Below the pieces are notes generated by a model, which was given only the letters and a program-made list of their open reading frames with translations, did not search any database and was not told where the DNA came from. This document shows, one piece after another, positions 62,729 to 64,000 of a DNA stretch of 64,000 bases. The stretch spans positions 79,238,001 to 79,302,000 of the forward strand of contig CM059432.1 in NCBI GenBank assembly GCA_030390025.1, given 5' to 3'. This DNA comes from Squalus acanthias (Eukaryota). A program made the translations under genes and the position numbers. Each line of letters begins with the position of its first letter. The stretch's first letter is position 1.

Positions 62729-63607
62729 GGGGGGAAAATTCAGTTGGTTTGCGCCTCCCGTTAGCGCCTTAAGAGGGTGCTAATGGGGCGCAAAGCAACT
62801 AGCGCCCGTGGGTGGCGATGTTTGCACCGCTCACGAATTTAACTAGACATTTTGCGGCGGCGCTAAACACTACGGCCACGATCTCCTGCACCGGCAGATC
62901 GTGACATCAGTCAAGTGTGCAACGCCCCGGACCGGATATTGAGTGGCGCCCCCTGCCTTACCACCTGCCGCTAGCAACGACAGGTTGAGGGGAGCGTTTT
63001 GCAGTCAGGAAGGGACTGGGGGAGCGCTATTTAAAGGCGACCGCTTCCTGCCTTTTTTTGTTGGTGACATTTTTGCACCATGCATTCTTAGAGAGAGAGA
63101 GACTTCTGGATAGATTCAACGCTGTGTGAAGGGGTTTTGGGTACTGAGCAGCACTTTGCAGATTCATTTTGATTTGCCCTTCCTTGTATCGATTTAGAAG
63201 AGATTGTGGGGGCTGCACTCTGAGCTCTTTCCCATGGCCTCTCCATTGTTCTTTCTAGCAGATTTGATGTACAGGTCTCTCTAGGCCGAGATTCAAGGCT
63301 GCAATGAGCAGGATGTGGATGGAGAGCAAGATCAACCCTCCCCTTTAAGAACTGGCCGGCGCCATTGTGTCTGTGTTCCATTGCTGACTGACATCACATG
63401 AGCTTCACCAGCGCTCTGAGGTAGTGCCTCGCTCCTCGGCCTTTGCGCCTTAAGACAGGTGTGTAGTGCCTGATTTAGCTCTCCAATCACCTCCAGGGGC
63501 GATAAAAGCCAAGTTTGCAGTCAGAGGCAATAATTAGCGCCAGGCGCTAATCTTTGCGCCCGGCCGATAATTGCGCCCCAAATGGGGCGATACTGAATTT
63601 CTCCCCC
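62729..63607. mobile_element. Harbinger-type MITE, third family
   Basis: TIRs GGGGGGAAAATTCAGT / ACTGAATTTCTCCCCC with TSD ATA, inserted in a short (CATAGAGT)n tract. Confidence 0.82.
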
Positions 63608-64000
63608 ATAGAGTCATAGTCATAGACTATGCTGAGGTGTAACTCCATGGGCCTCAACAGCCCTCTGGTACCTCTCCCAAATGACCATTCTTCATGTGTC
63701 AGCCTAGAGAGTGAAGCCATTCAATTGTGGGAGTATTGCAGAAAACTCATCCTGTCCTCATCCAATGTGCTCATACATGCACTTCCAGCAGGAATCACTG
63801 GATAGCAATCAAGAGGGAATTAATTTTCTACCTCCCTAGCCTAGTGCAACTAAGGATATTTATGAACACGTGCACCATCATCACTGATTCTGCAATGTTC
63901 CTGATCTTTAAGATTCAGTACCACGATGGGTGTTGCATTTTCCTACTGAGGCATTCCAACATTCTAAATTCCTCAGTGTGAAAGTGCCAAGTAGCACTCT

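Noticed and set aside
57300..64000. Next mcmdc2 exon
   Set aside because: No phase-1 exon resembling the expected continuation found by eye; probably beyond the window.

Overview
Eukaryotic, intron-rich vertebrate DNA. The repeat content (CR1 LINEs, Deu-domain SINEs, Harbinger MITEs) suggests a cartilaginous fish, probably a shark; this is an inference. Two + strand genes lie in the order known from the human locus: the last four coding exons and 3' UTR of sgk3 (14410-32789), then a CpG-rich promoter and the first six coding exons of mcmdc2 (43987-57279, continuing beyond the window). All ten exons have GT-AG boundaries and join in frame. The rest is largely nested, decayed transposons: a Tx1-like L1-clade element, an internally deleted GalEa-like Copia element with a tRNA-iMet primer site, many CR1 copies, several Harbinger-type MITE families and SINEs. 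The most notable signal is five short elements from two families that carry minimal Penelope-type hammerhead ribozyme cores (CUGANGA...GAAA). Four of them are fold-back elements and three have 11-12 bp target-site duplications. No prokaryotic features or CRISPR arrays are present. Family names were assigned from remembered motifs, not database searches.
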